64,000 nt of DNA from Octopus sinensis. Its lineage: Eukaryota. Made by a program: the position numbers and the translations under genes. A model generated the notes under the pieces. The model was not told the DNA's origin and ran no database searches. It saw nothing but the letters and a program-made list of their open reading frames with translations. Shown here piece after piece: positions 51,863 through 64,000 of the stretch; the first letter of the stretch is position 1, and every line of letters starts with the position of its first letter. Location of the stretch: assembly GCF_006345805.1 (NCBI RefSeq), contig NC_043022.1, forward strand, positions 186,001 through 250,000, in the 5' to 3' direction.

Positions 51863-53005
51863 TATGTTAGACTTTTGCTTTATGTCTGTACAAGTTGGCT
51901 CCAAGTCTCACCCAGAGACCTCAAGAGACAACAGGTTGGAAGTTCACATTGTTGTTATGCCTAGTGTGCCATACACTTGGGTTTTTTTGTGTTGTACTAG
52001 TGAATGTCTGATAAATAAATTTTAAAAAATAAAAGTGTTTTAAACCTTGGGATTACATAGAGAGTATTTTGCGTAGGATATGAGCAGTTCACATGAGCAC
52101 TATCTTTTGAATTTCTGCCATTTTGGGGTTTCCTGGTATCTGAGTTAGGTAGCAATCAGCCCCTTTCGCTATCATTCCCAGGGCACCTATGACAACAGGT
52201 ATTGTTTTAGTCTTCAGCTTCCACATTTTGCTGATTTCTATTTCAAGATCTTTATATTTGCTCAGTTTTTGGTAGGTCTTGACAGATACGTTTATATCGA
52301 TTGGGACAGTCATGTCAATGAGGAGGCATGTTCTTTGTCTGAAGTCTTTCAATATGATGTCTGGCCTATTTGCATCTATCTTTGTCAGTTTGAATGGTGA
52401 AGTTCCAGAGGAGTGAGATGTTGTCATTTTCAAGCACTGGAGGTGGTTTGTGCTCCCACCAGTTTTTTTCATGGGGCAAATCCAGGTTTTTGTAAATTAC
52501 CCAGTGAATATATTGTGCAGCTCTATAATGCCTGTTGAGATACTCTGTAGGCGCTAGACGACTGCATTTGGAGACAACATGATCAATGGTTTCATTTTGT
52601 TGTTGACATACACGACATGTTGGGCTACTGCCGTTCTTTAATATGTTGGCCTGGTAGTTTCTTGTAGGTAGGCATTGATCTTGATCTGCTATGAGAAACC
52701 CTTCTGTTTCAGATTTTAAGCCAGAGGCCATTAGCCATTGATGGGTCAGGGCTTTGTCAACATCTGCCTTATTCGCTCTCTTTGGGTATTTGCCATAGAG
52801 AGGTTTTTCTTGCTATTTATTATTCAGAATATCTAAGGCCGCAGTTTTGGCACGGGTTTTCAAGCGCTTAGCTTATTCTGTGCTTGTTTCTTGTGTGTCT
52901 AACTCCGAAATTTGTTGTATTCGGAATTCACTTAGATATTCCTTTGCCTGTTTTGTTACTGAGTATGATGCTTTCTTGTTTTCATATATTGAGACAATTT
53001 TAACA
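51790..53005 (-). mobile_element. R4/Dong-like LINE 3' portion with REL endonuclease and (AAT)n tail
   Basis: SGLKSETEGFLIADQDQ, CRVC...ETIDHVVSKC zinc knuckle, RPDII...DMTVP...KYKDL...PVVIGALG; frameshifted. Confidence 0.85.
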
Positions 53006-53018
53006 TCCAGTCCTTATT

Positions 53019-53057
<39 letters not shown>

Positions 53058-53151
53058 GCTGTTGTTGTTGTCGTCGTTGTTGTTGTTGTTGTTATTATCA
53101 TTATTATTATCATTATTATTATCATTATTATTATTATCATTATTATTATAA

Positions 53152-53189
<38 letters not shown>

Positions 53190-53764
53190 GAGTGAGAGAG
53201 CAGTGCATGCCATCAAAGTGACTCTGGGGTAAAATATACGAAGCCCAGTATACCCATCATGACTACCCGTGTGATAAGGGTACACCAGGCACATGCATCA
53301 TAACCATATGTGCACGACATGGTGATCTCATATCAAGATAAACAGCACATGACCTTGCAGGTGGGGCCCAGTTAGAATTTTCTTCTGGTCGAGTAACCCA
53401 TCCCGCTCGAAAGGTCCCTGAATAAGGGTTGATTAAGGATGTTGAAAGAACCACCCATGTTTCCAAAGGTGAATTATTCAAACCCCAAAGAATCCCTCTC
53501 AACACATGGCTATGATGCTCCCCCACTACTTCTGCTCGTGATCAGAGATGCACATATCGTCAGCCACTAAGGGACATGCTCAACTGGTTAAGGTCAAACA
53601 ACTGACAAGCAAATCTGTGGTATTGAGCAGAATATTTGCTGTAGCCCATCTTTTATACCAAGACAAAACAATGTACATGATAACACTTCCAATCTATTAA
53701 GATCAGAAGCCATGAGAGCCACTGTCTGGTACTGCATCAGGGCATTATTATTATTAGTAGTAGT

Positions 53765-54324
<560 letters not shown>

Positions 54325-54325
54325 A

Positions 54326-54358
<33 letters not shown>

Positions 54359-57319
54359 TATATATATATACTTTAAAGCTGGCGAGCTGGCAGGATCATT
54401 AGCACGCTGGATGAAATTCTTAGCGGTATTTCGCCCGTCGCTACGTTCTGAGTTCAAATTCCACCGAGGTTGACTTTGCCTTTAATTCTTTCGTGGGTAA
54501 TAAAATAAGTACCAGTTGAGTACTGAGCTCGATGCAATTGAAATAACCCCGTCCACAAAATTTCAGACCCTGTTCCTCTAGCAGAAAATATTGTATTTCT
54601 TGAACGGTGGTGAGCTGGTAGAATGGTTAGCACGCCGGGAAGAATGTTTAGCGGCATTTCGTCGGCATTTTTATTCTGAGTTCAAATTCCGTCGCGGTCG
54701 ACTTTGCCTTTCATCCCTTCAGTGTGGTTGAAATAGGTACGAATTGAGTATTAGGGTCGATGTAACCGACTTTTCCCGTCCCTATATTTCAGCCCTTGTA
54801 CCTATGGGGGGGTTTTTATGCGCCCTTTTCAAGCCTTGCCAGACTCATGGGCCCGGTTTCCCGGTTTCTGTGGCGTATGTGTTCCCCACCAGCTGGAAGG
54901 GACGCCAGTCAATCGCAGCGTTACTCAAGAACCAGGAAGAGAGAGGGAGAGAAAGTTGTGGCGAAAGAGTACAACACGGGTTGCCACCACCCAATGCCGG
55001 AACCGCGTGGAGCTTTAGGTGTTTTCACTCAATAAACACACACAACGCCCGGTCTGAGAATGGAAACCACGATCCTCCAAGCGCGAGTTCGCTGCCCTAA
55101 CCACTTGGCCATTGCGCCTCTTGTACCTATGTTAGGATTATTTATATTTATTGAATCTGCTTGTAAGGGAAACAACTCACAGATGCTTTCCTGAGTTATT
55201 TCCTCTGTCTCACCACGTACCTTTAATAGATTTCTTTGTAGTTATGAATCTCCTTAACCATGTGTTGCTTGTGCATCATGTGATAGAATGACGTCACCAC
55301 TGAATATCGTTTCTGCTGTACCAGAGTGAAAGATATCACACACATCAGCAGCGGCTGCACCCAAATGTCTGTGAGATGCTACCTTCCTCTGAGATATGAT
55401 ATATTTGCAAAGTCTATTTATAATAGGCGTAGGAGTGGCTGTGTGGTAAGTAGCTTGTTTACCAACCACATGGTTCCGGGTTTAGTCCCACTGCGTGGCA
55501 TCTTGGGCAAGTGCCTTTTACAATAGCCTCGGACCGACCAAAGCCTTGTGAGTGGATTTGGTAGACAGAAACTGAAAGAAGCCCGTCATATATATGTTTA
55601 TATATTTATGTATGTGTGTGTGTTTGTGTGTCTGTGTTTGTCCCCCTAGCATTGCTTGACAACCGATGCTGGTGTGTTTATGTCCCCGTCACTTAGCGGT
55701 TCGGCAAAAAGAGACCGATAGAATAAGGACTAGGCTTACAAAGAATAAGTGCCGGGGTCGAGTTGCTCCAGCATGACTGCAGTCAAATGACTGAAACAAA
55801 TAAAAGAGTAAAAGAGAGTAAAAGAGTATTTATGCTGAATTAATGCGGAACTTACAGCCCTTGTGCCCTGACAATGAATTCTAAGTTTGTCCCTATCATC
55901 ATAAGTGCATTAGGTTATGTACCGAGACAAATGTGCAAAAGAACCTAGTATCACTTGGTTTCACGGAAAAATTCATAAGAAACTGATGCGAATGAGATTC
56001 TTTAGGTGAATAGATGTAAATATTTGCGTGTGTGACTCGATAGTTCAACCAACACACGGACTCAACCACATATTCAAAAACGCCGTGAAATCCCTTAACT
56101 CAAAATGTGTTTGTTAGTAACCGGCGTGAACACTCTGAACACAAGCCTAAGGAAGGAAAGAGTCATCCATCCATAAGTACGTACATACATACATATGTCT
56201 GTACATACATACATACATACATACATACACATACATACATACATACATACACACACATACATACATACATACATGCATACATACATACATACATATACAT
56301 ACATACATACATACATACATACATACATACATACATACATACATACATACATACATACATACATACATAGCCAGGGATACGCAATACGCTGAATAAATAC
56401 CAATCTTGAGTAATTTGGCTTCTCAAAGCCAGATAGGAGAAAGCTAATTCGAAGACTACAGATCCAATCTATCACTGGAACTGTAACAATTTGTAAAACT
56501 TTCCAGAAGTTTAACATTTAAATATATATGAGCATATCTAGATATGTAGCTATATGCATGAGAATAAATACACAAAGCAAAGCATACAAATCTGCACATA
56601 TACATACATAGAAACAAAAATACCCTGTTGTTGATGTTGAAATTCCAAGGAAAGAGCATTGGACCTAGGTTAGAAACAGTCTCTTTCTCTGTTACAAGAA
56701 ATCTTGAAATAAAACGGAACAATGGCATACGTACATACATTCATACATAGTGGGGGTTGTCTAATCCTATGACCACCTCATGTATTTTTTGTTGATGTTG
56801 GTTCCTTCTTCAGCCATGCCTGGATAATAAGTGCCGGTTTCTCGGTTTCCTTGGCATATAGATTCCCCACCTGGTCCGTCGCAGGTGAGCTGCAAGATAC
56901 GGGAGGAAAGAATGAGAGAATGTTGTAGCAAAAGAGTCAGCAGAAGTTCGCCATTACCTTCTGCCGGAGCCGCGTGGAGCTCAGGTGTTTCGCTCATAAA
57001 CACACACATCGCCCGGTCTGAGATTCGAACCCGCGATCACTCGACCGCGAGACCGCTGCTCTAACCGCTGGGTCATGTGTCTCCACAAAGTGTGAGTAGT
57101 TCTTATATTTAAGATAAATTCACACAAACTGGCGCTAGCCATAAATTCTTTAGAGTCTTTTATATGGTAATTATAGCTTCAATGCTTTGTACTGTAATAT
57201 CCGTGAATTATAGCCAACTGAGAGAAAAAATTTGACTTGTGATATGGTGAATCCACCGAAGCAGTCGTAAATCGTTGCAGAGCCGGAGGACATCGAGATT
57301 TGATACAGCTTGAACGTTC

Positions 57320-58500
57320 TTACCAAAACAATACAATTGGACTGATCAAAAAATACGTTGAAACAACTATCGACCAGATGCTAAATGTCATTGAAAGATA
57401 CGAGAGGCAGAAGGAGATTTATTCTATCTTAATATGAGAGCAAACAAATTTGCTATTGATTTCATGAATATCTTGGACGAACAGCATCAGGGAACTGCGA
57501 ATGAATGAATGATAGGCTGCATGGCAAATATGTGGTCCGTGGGAAACAAACTTATATTGAGCAGAAGCACACCAATCAGTGGCTACATATCTCAGGGCTA
57601 ACGGTGGAGATCGAAACCTTCATCTTAGCTGTGCAAGATCGGATCTTATTGAGCTGGAACTTCCAAACTAATATGATGAACCATTGAGTAGACACAAAAT
57701 GCCGCTTCTGTAAGGCTGTGATTGAAATGTCTTGCAAACAACTTGCACATGCAAGTGCTACCAGTCAAAAACTCCGTATACCGGAAGCCAGCAAGTGTAT
57801 GGGGTCATCAGGAGAGAATGCGCGTTGTTTCAGGGCCTACCTCTCGACGGCACCTCACTGATATGAGGCCCCGCTTGCTAGATCCGCTGGTTATCAAATA
57901 AAGCTCAATATCCTTCTAGCCATCGCTCATCGTCTCTTTTTAACCAAATCCAGTGGCTAGCCTTCTCCACTGTAGACTGGATATCGGTCATGGTGGTATA
58001 GGCAATCTAAGCTCTATATGTAAAGGGTTCCTATCAATGAATTATAAATCAAGACATGATAAAGTCGATCGTTGTCTACACTGCATAATATGTGGGCATT
58101 ATGAATTGAACCCGTTGACAAATGGTATGAGCGAGACCCTGAGAGGGCTGTAAGTGAGAAAGAAAATGTAACGATTCTTTCAAACATTCAGGAAAACTGA
58201 GACAGAACTCTCAGGGCTAATAAGTGGGATATTGTTGTGAAATATTGAAATAATGAATTTTGTTTATTAATTGAGATAATTATTCCTTGAGATCATAATA
58301 TCTTGGCAAAAGTATTTGAGACGCTCAGAAAATATAACTATTTGCTCATTGAAACTGCAAAAGTGTTCCATTTCAAGGCAGTTACAAGATCAGTGATTGT
58401 AGAGCACTGGGAATGATTAAGAGCGAACTGAAAATTATTTCAGAATGGCCCCTGGCTTGCCGTCTCTGCCGGAAGAGCAATGGATTGTTTTAACTGGTAT
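57320..58500 (+). mobile_element. Old R4/Dong-like LINE remnant
   Basis: LHGKYVVR...QWLHISGLTVEIETFILAVQD...TKCRFC and RANKWDIVV...FCLLIEIIIP*DHNIL with stops. Confidence 0.7.
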
Positions 58501-59543
58501 ATATTACGTATTGAGAAGGGTTTTGCTGCTAAGAAAACGATTACAAATCATGGATGTTTTTGCTTTCTGTTTTTTTTCCTTTGTTTTCTTTTCTCTCACC
58601 TAACTTGATTTTGTAAAGGAAATATCTACAATTCCTGGGATTATTACTTGTTCCGATATTGCAAAACGTTTGACTCAACATGACTAACAAAAACAATACA
58701 TGTGACTAACAAAAGCAATTAACAAAAATGTAACAGCAAAATTCTCTAAGTGTAGGGACTTCGACGTAAGAGCAAACAAGAAATCCTACAGGTACTCGAT
58801 CATTCCGACTGTGAGTGGTATCACTATGGGCACTTCTACCCATCTAACAACCGTAAGCCATCAGAGTCACATTCAACTACGTCACAACACAAGGCAGTTG
58901 GGCACCATGTCCTTTTTCATTCTCACATTCCTTTTCAGATGGAGCTTAAAACGTTTGATGAGGGCTTGGCCAAAGAAGAAGTGTCTGCCCTCAAACTTTT
59001 CAGTCTTGTCCACCACATCACTTCTTCCACTTTAGCCACCTGGCGGAGGAAATAGAAGTATTCTTCTCGACCAACGAAACGCAGCGACATTGTCTTAACT
59101 CTACCAGTTAGCAATGTTTATGCATTGCCAAGTGCGTGCAGGACGGCTCCTTCGGTCCTCTCGCATCTCTGACAAGCCCGGCTGCTTCAATGCCTGTAAT
59201 ACTGTATCCCCAAAAGAAAATAATCTCTGTTAACACTGCCAGGCCAGGTATTTCTGGAATTATCTATTGGCCCTGGACCGAAAGACCTCGAGATGAAATC
59301 AGTTACTTGAATTTCATCGACACTCAGAGTTTCTTCGAGGATGCTGTCGGTTCAGGATGTTTGGCCCAGGACGACATTTCATTTCAAGACTCCAGCTGTA
59401 CAAAATGTAAATCTGACAAACGGAGACCACACCTGCTCACCAGCGAAGTAACGCTGGAGATGTTGCAACCTCATCGTCTGTCTGTGTATCATTAGCCACG
59501 CCACGACCAGTATGTGTGTCCACCAGTACACACACATACACAG

Positions 59544-59574
<31 letters not shown>

Positions 59575-59576
59575 CG

Positions 59577-60050
59577 TATGTACCTGGGACGTAGTCAGTC
59601 CACCTGTGCATACCTTCCTTCTTGTGACACTTGTGAAGACCTGTTGAGGCAAGTGAAAATCAAATCAAAACAAATCAAAATAGATGAACATCAATGGAAT
59701 TTGTATCCTTGTGGTACCAGTGCCGGTGGCACGTAGCACACAAGAAAACCATCCGAACATGGCCGTAGCCAGTACCGCATCGACTGGCCTCCGTGCTGTG
59801 GGCACGTAACAAGCACCATCCGATCGTGGCCGTTTTGCCAGCCTCATCTGGCACCTGTGTCGGTGGCACATAAAATCACCCACTACACTCTCGGAGTGGT
59901 TGGCGTTAGGAAGGGCATCCAGCTGTAGAAACACTGCCAGATCTGACTGGACTGGTGCAGCTTTCGGGCTCCCCAGACCCCAGTTGAACCGTCCAACCCA
60001 TGCTAGCATGGAAAGCGGACGTTAAATGATGATGATGATGATGATGATGA
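59577..60050 (+). mobile_element. RTE-type 3' UTR copy with (ATG)n tail
   Basis: Aligns with 60668-61440; ends GGACGTTAAATGATGATG. Confidence 0.8.
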
Positions 60051-60059
60051 TATATATAT

Positions 60060-60352
60060 ATCCCCGTGATCACCATGACCGACCAGGTTATCAGATGGTC
60101 ACAATGCGCTTCGCATTGTTTTAGCCTGCAAATGATGCCACCCCACTGGCTAAGCGAGCAGCCAACAGAAGAAAGAGTGAGAGAAAGTTGTGGCGAAAGA
60201 GTACAGCAGGGATCGCCACCACCCCCTGCAGGAGCCTCGTGGAGCTTTAGGTGTTTTTGCTCAATAAACACTCACAACACCTGGTCTGGGAATCGAAACC
60301 GCGATCCTATGACCACGAGTCCGCTGCCCTAACCACTGGGCCATTGCGCTCC
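60060..60352 (-). mobile_element. tRNA-derived SINE family C
   Basis: Minus-strand head GGAGCGCAATGGCCCAGTGGTTAGGGCAGCGGACTC...GGTTTCGATTCCC. Other copies ~3775-3950, 22085-22445, 26335-26615, 54830-55120, 56820-57085. Confidence 0.8.
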
Positions 60353-60425
60353 ACATATATATATATATATATGTCCATATATATATATAGTTGCTTATAT
60401 GTCCATATATATATATATATATATG

Positions 60426-61440
60426 ACCTGCGCTGGTATGGTCATATGACGAGAATGGCTGAAGATAGTTGTGTGCAAAAGTGCTACACCCTAGCAGTTG
60501 AGGGAACCTGTGGAAGAGGTAGACCCAGGAAAACCTGGGACGAAGTGGTGAAGCACGACCTACGAACTTTAGGTCTCACCAAGGAAATGACTAGAGACCG
60601 AGACCTATGGAAGTATGCTATGCGTGAGAAGACCCGGCAAGACTAGTCAGGCCATAACCCATGGCCCCTACCTGGGACGTAGTCAGTCCACCTGTGCATA
60701 CCTTCCTTCTTGTGACACTTGTGAAGACCTGTTGAGGCAAGTGAAAATCAAACAAAATCAAAATAGATGAACATCAATGGAATTTGTATCTTTGTGGTAC
60801 CAGTGCCGGTGGCACACAAGAAAACCATCCGAACGTGGCCGTAGCCAGTACCGCACCGACTGGCCTCCATGCTGTGGGCACGTAACAATCACCATCCAAT
60901 CGTGGCCGATCGCCAGCCTAATCTGGCTCCTGTGTCGGTGGCACATAAAAAACACCATCTGAGCGTGGTCGTCTGCTAGCCTTGTCTGGCACCTGTGTCA
61001 GTGGCACATAAAAACACCATCCGAGCGTGGCCGTTCGCCAGCCTCGTCTAGCACCTGTGTCGGTGGCACATAAAAAACATCATCCGAGCGTGGTCGTCTG
61101 CTAGCCTTGTCTGGCACCTGTGTCGGTGGCACATAAAAACACCATCCGAGCGTGGCCGTTCCCAGCTTCGTCTGGCACCTGTGTCGGTGGCACATAAAAA
61201 CACCATCCGAGCGTGGCCGTTCGCCAGCCTCGTCTGGCACCTGTGTCGGTGGCACATAAAATCACCCACTACACTCTCGGAGTGGTTGGCGTTAGGAAGG
61301 GCATCCAGCTGTAGAAACACTGCCAGATCTGACTGGCCTGGTGCAACCTTCGGGCTCCCCAGACCCCAGTTGAACCGTCCAACCCATGCTAGCATGGAAA
61401 GCGGACGTTAAATGATGATGATGATGATGATGATGATGAT
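60426..61440 (+). mobile_element. RTE LINE 3' end with an internal 62-bp tandem array
   Basis: LRWYGHMTRM...GRGRPRKTWDEVVKHDL...DRDLWK ORF end; six 62-bp units at 60890-61262; (ATG)n tail. Confidence 0.85.
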
Positions 61441-61967
61441 ATATATATATATATACCGGAGTAAACACATAAATGTGAAACAAGGTGGGAAAAAAGAGTA
61501 CTCAAATACCAGTGGTAGAGTAATATGCAGCAGAAAATTCCACAAAACCTATTACTCAGAGTTACAGGTTTTGTGGAATTTTCTGCTGCTTTAAATAAAG
61601 TATATATATATATATATAAATTTATAAATAAGGATAATATATCGATATTATTTAAATATCGATATTACCAAGTGGCCAGCATGGGAAAAAATACCGTACA
61701 AATTAATGGACGTTCGAATATGTACGTATAACGTTTGTTCTGCATATATATATATATGTATTTATATACTTTGATATATTCAACCGATGACGGTAAAGCT
61801 TATTTAAAGGAAAACCAGAAATCCTGGATTCTTGAATTATTCAATAATATTTTTGCTAGTCGATTTTGTCCCTCTGTCTTATCTCATGGTACGATATGAA
61901 CATTTCACGTGGTTGTTAAAGTCAGGGTTTTGACTGCTATTTCGGCATGGTGGTGTCTCTCAGACAC

Positions 61968-62062
<95 letters not shown>

Positions 62063-62258
62063 GGAGTTTAACGCAGGTATAAATCAAATACTTTTACTTT
62101 CGACACATGTTTCGATGATTTCACTGATATTCAAAAGAATAAATGGTATAAAACAATACAATCTTCTCTTCAGGGAAGTGAAAACCGAAACTCGTAAATA
62201 AGAAATTTTAACAGAAAACTGTTTCCGTGTTAATTGTTAACAAGGGGAAAATACACTC

Positions 62259-62293
<35 letters not shown>

Positions 62294-62399
62294 CGGTAGG
62301 TGTTTCTCTTCATAGTTGCTACATTAAGAGACAATTAGACGCAAACGCAATGTTTCTTTTTATTAAATTATCATTTATTTGACTAATTTGATGAAAAAG

Positions 62400-62632
62400 T
62401 TATTTTTTAGGTGGTATCACAGTTGTGGTTTGCAATTGCGGCTTCATTCTTGGTAAGGCTGTTGGGTTATTGGGGAGAGTGAAGTTCAGTTTCTTTTGAG
62501 GTATCAAAAGGTGACACATGTTCCCTCTAACTCCAAACCCGAAGGGGCAATCACAGTAGTGGTGCCCGGGTTTGTTAACGCATCTGTAAGGGAAAGGGCA
62601 TCCACCATTGTTGCACCTACATTCGTTGATGT
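62400..62632 (-). pseudogene. Inverted duplicate of exon 11 (orphan exon or last exon of a paralog outside the window)
   Basis: Intact ATTTTCAG acceptor and frame; six substitutions versus 49109-49339; early TAA after PPKK caused by a ~383-bp deletion. Confidence 0.8.
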
Positions 62633-63228
62633 CTGAAAATAAGGAGGAAATAAACAAACATAAGTAAAAATAATAATAAAAAACAACAATATATATTTCT
62701 TTACTACCCACAAGTAGCTAAACACAGACGAGACAAACGGATTAAGTCGATTATATCGACCCCAGTGCGTAACTGGTACTTATTTAATCGACCCCGAAAG
62801 GATGAAAGGCAAAGTCGACCTCGGCGGTATTTGAACTGAGAACGTAACAGCAAACGAAATACGGCTACGCATTTCGCCCGGCGTGCTAACGTTTCTGCCA
62901 GCTCGCCGCCTTTTTAAACGATATATACGATGGAAAATAGTCGTTCCCTATATTTATGGGATACCTAACCAGCCGTATAATTTTAAATTTGCTTTGATGG
63001 TGTTATAATGGAAGATTGTCATTCGTATTTTCTCGGTTTGCCACTGGGCTGACGGATTCCTGCAGTTTTCTTCGTTTCTCTGCTATGCAGTCTACAGCTC
63101 CCACTAACTTCCAGTTATTCTTTTAATTGTTTCAGTCATTTGACTGTGGCCTTGCTGGAGCCTAGTACTTATTCTATCGGTCTCTTTTGCCGAACCGCTA
63201 AGTTACGGAGGGTACAAACACAGACACA

Positions 63229-63335
<107 letters not shown>

Positions 63336-64000
63336 CATACATACATATATACGACGGGCTTCTTTCAGTTTGCGTCCACCAAATTCACTCACAAGGCTTT
63401 GGTCGGCTCGAGGCTATAGTAGAAGACACTTGCCCAAGGTGCCACGCAGTGGGACTGAACCTGGAAGCATGTGGTTCGTAAGCAAGCTACTTACCACACA
63501 GCCACTGATGCACTTCTCTAGAACTTTCCACTTGATGTTATATTGAGACGTTGTTTCTTTCAATATCTACGCACGTCCTCACAAAGCTGTTAAGTTACGT
63601 CACTCAAATGTTAAATGAGGGCCAGAAGATATTTTAGTAAACCGCCCAAACCAGTACAAAAGGAGGCTTTGATATTGAGGTAAGGTCACATGCTGTCGTA
63701 ATAATCAAAGTAATAGAGAAATAGTTATAGATGTGAGAGTGGCTGTCTCCAATAACCTGAAGGTGTCTAAGAAGGTACAAAATTATGCGGGTATCAAGGA
63801 AGAACCCTTTAAGACTATATTAAACAAGGAAGGATGAGATAAAGGGCCTTCTGGTAATAGGGAGCTGGACAGAGTAGATGTTATTCTATTACGAATAGAA
63901 AAAACAATGTGTATGCGCGCGCTTTTTGCGTAAAATATTATATAGAAATGATGAACTTACCCACGCAATAACGTTTCTTAAATAATTCAAAACCCTTTCT

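Noticed and set aside
58740-59500. Possible transposase or endonuclease remnant
   Set aside because: Only a weak GDF-like motif; too degenerate to assign without a profile search.

Overview
Eukaryotic, AT-rich, microsatellite- and retroposon-saturated DNA; the SINE/LINE repertoire points to an octopus (coleoid cephalopod) genome (inference from recalled repeat families). One protein-coding gene spans ~5.6-49.8 kb on the + strand. I reconstructed it from splice sites and phases: a signal-peptide exon (5607-5671), an optional symmetric exon (12430-12633), a CCxGF-motif exon (16057-16118), seven phase-1 calcium-binding EGF exons (120/117 nt) and a terminal exon with an eighth, 7-Cys EGF plus a basic Pro/Thr tail (407 aa, or 475 aa with the optional exon). 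It looks secreted and loosely MEGF6/EGFL/fibulin-like; no symbol assigned. The terminal exon has a ~97% identical inverted copy at 62400-62632, bounded by a SINE and a (TA)n tract. Introns and flanks hold several tRNA-derived SINE families, RTE, CR1-like and R4/Dong-like LINE fragments, mariner/maT elements, foldback MITEs, Helitron remnants and many Penelope-like element ends. The most striking non-coding signal is over a dozen minimal type-I hammerhead ribozyme motifs from several families, some intact and some with recurrent core variants. A 100-N gap lies in the last intron. Most ORF-track entries are microsatellite artefacts.
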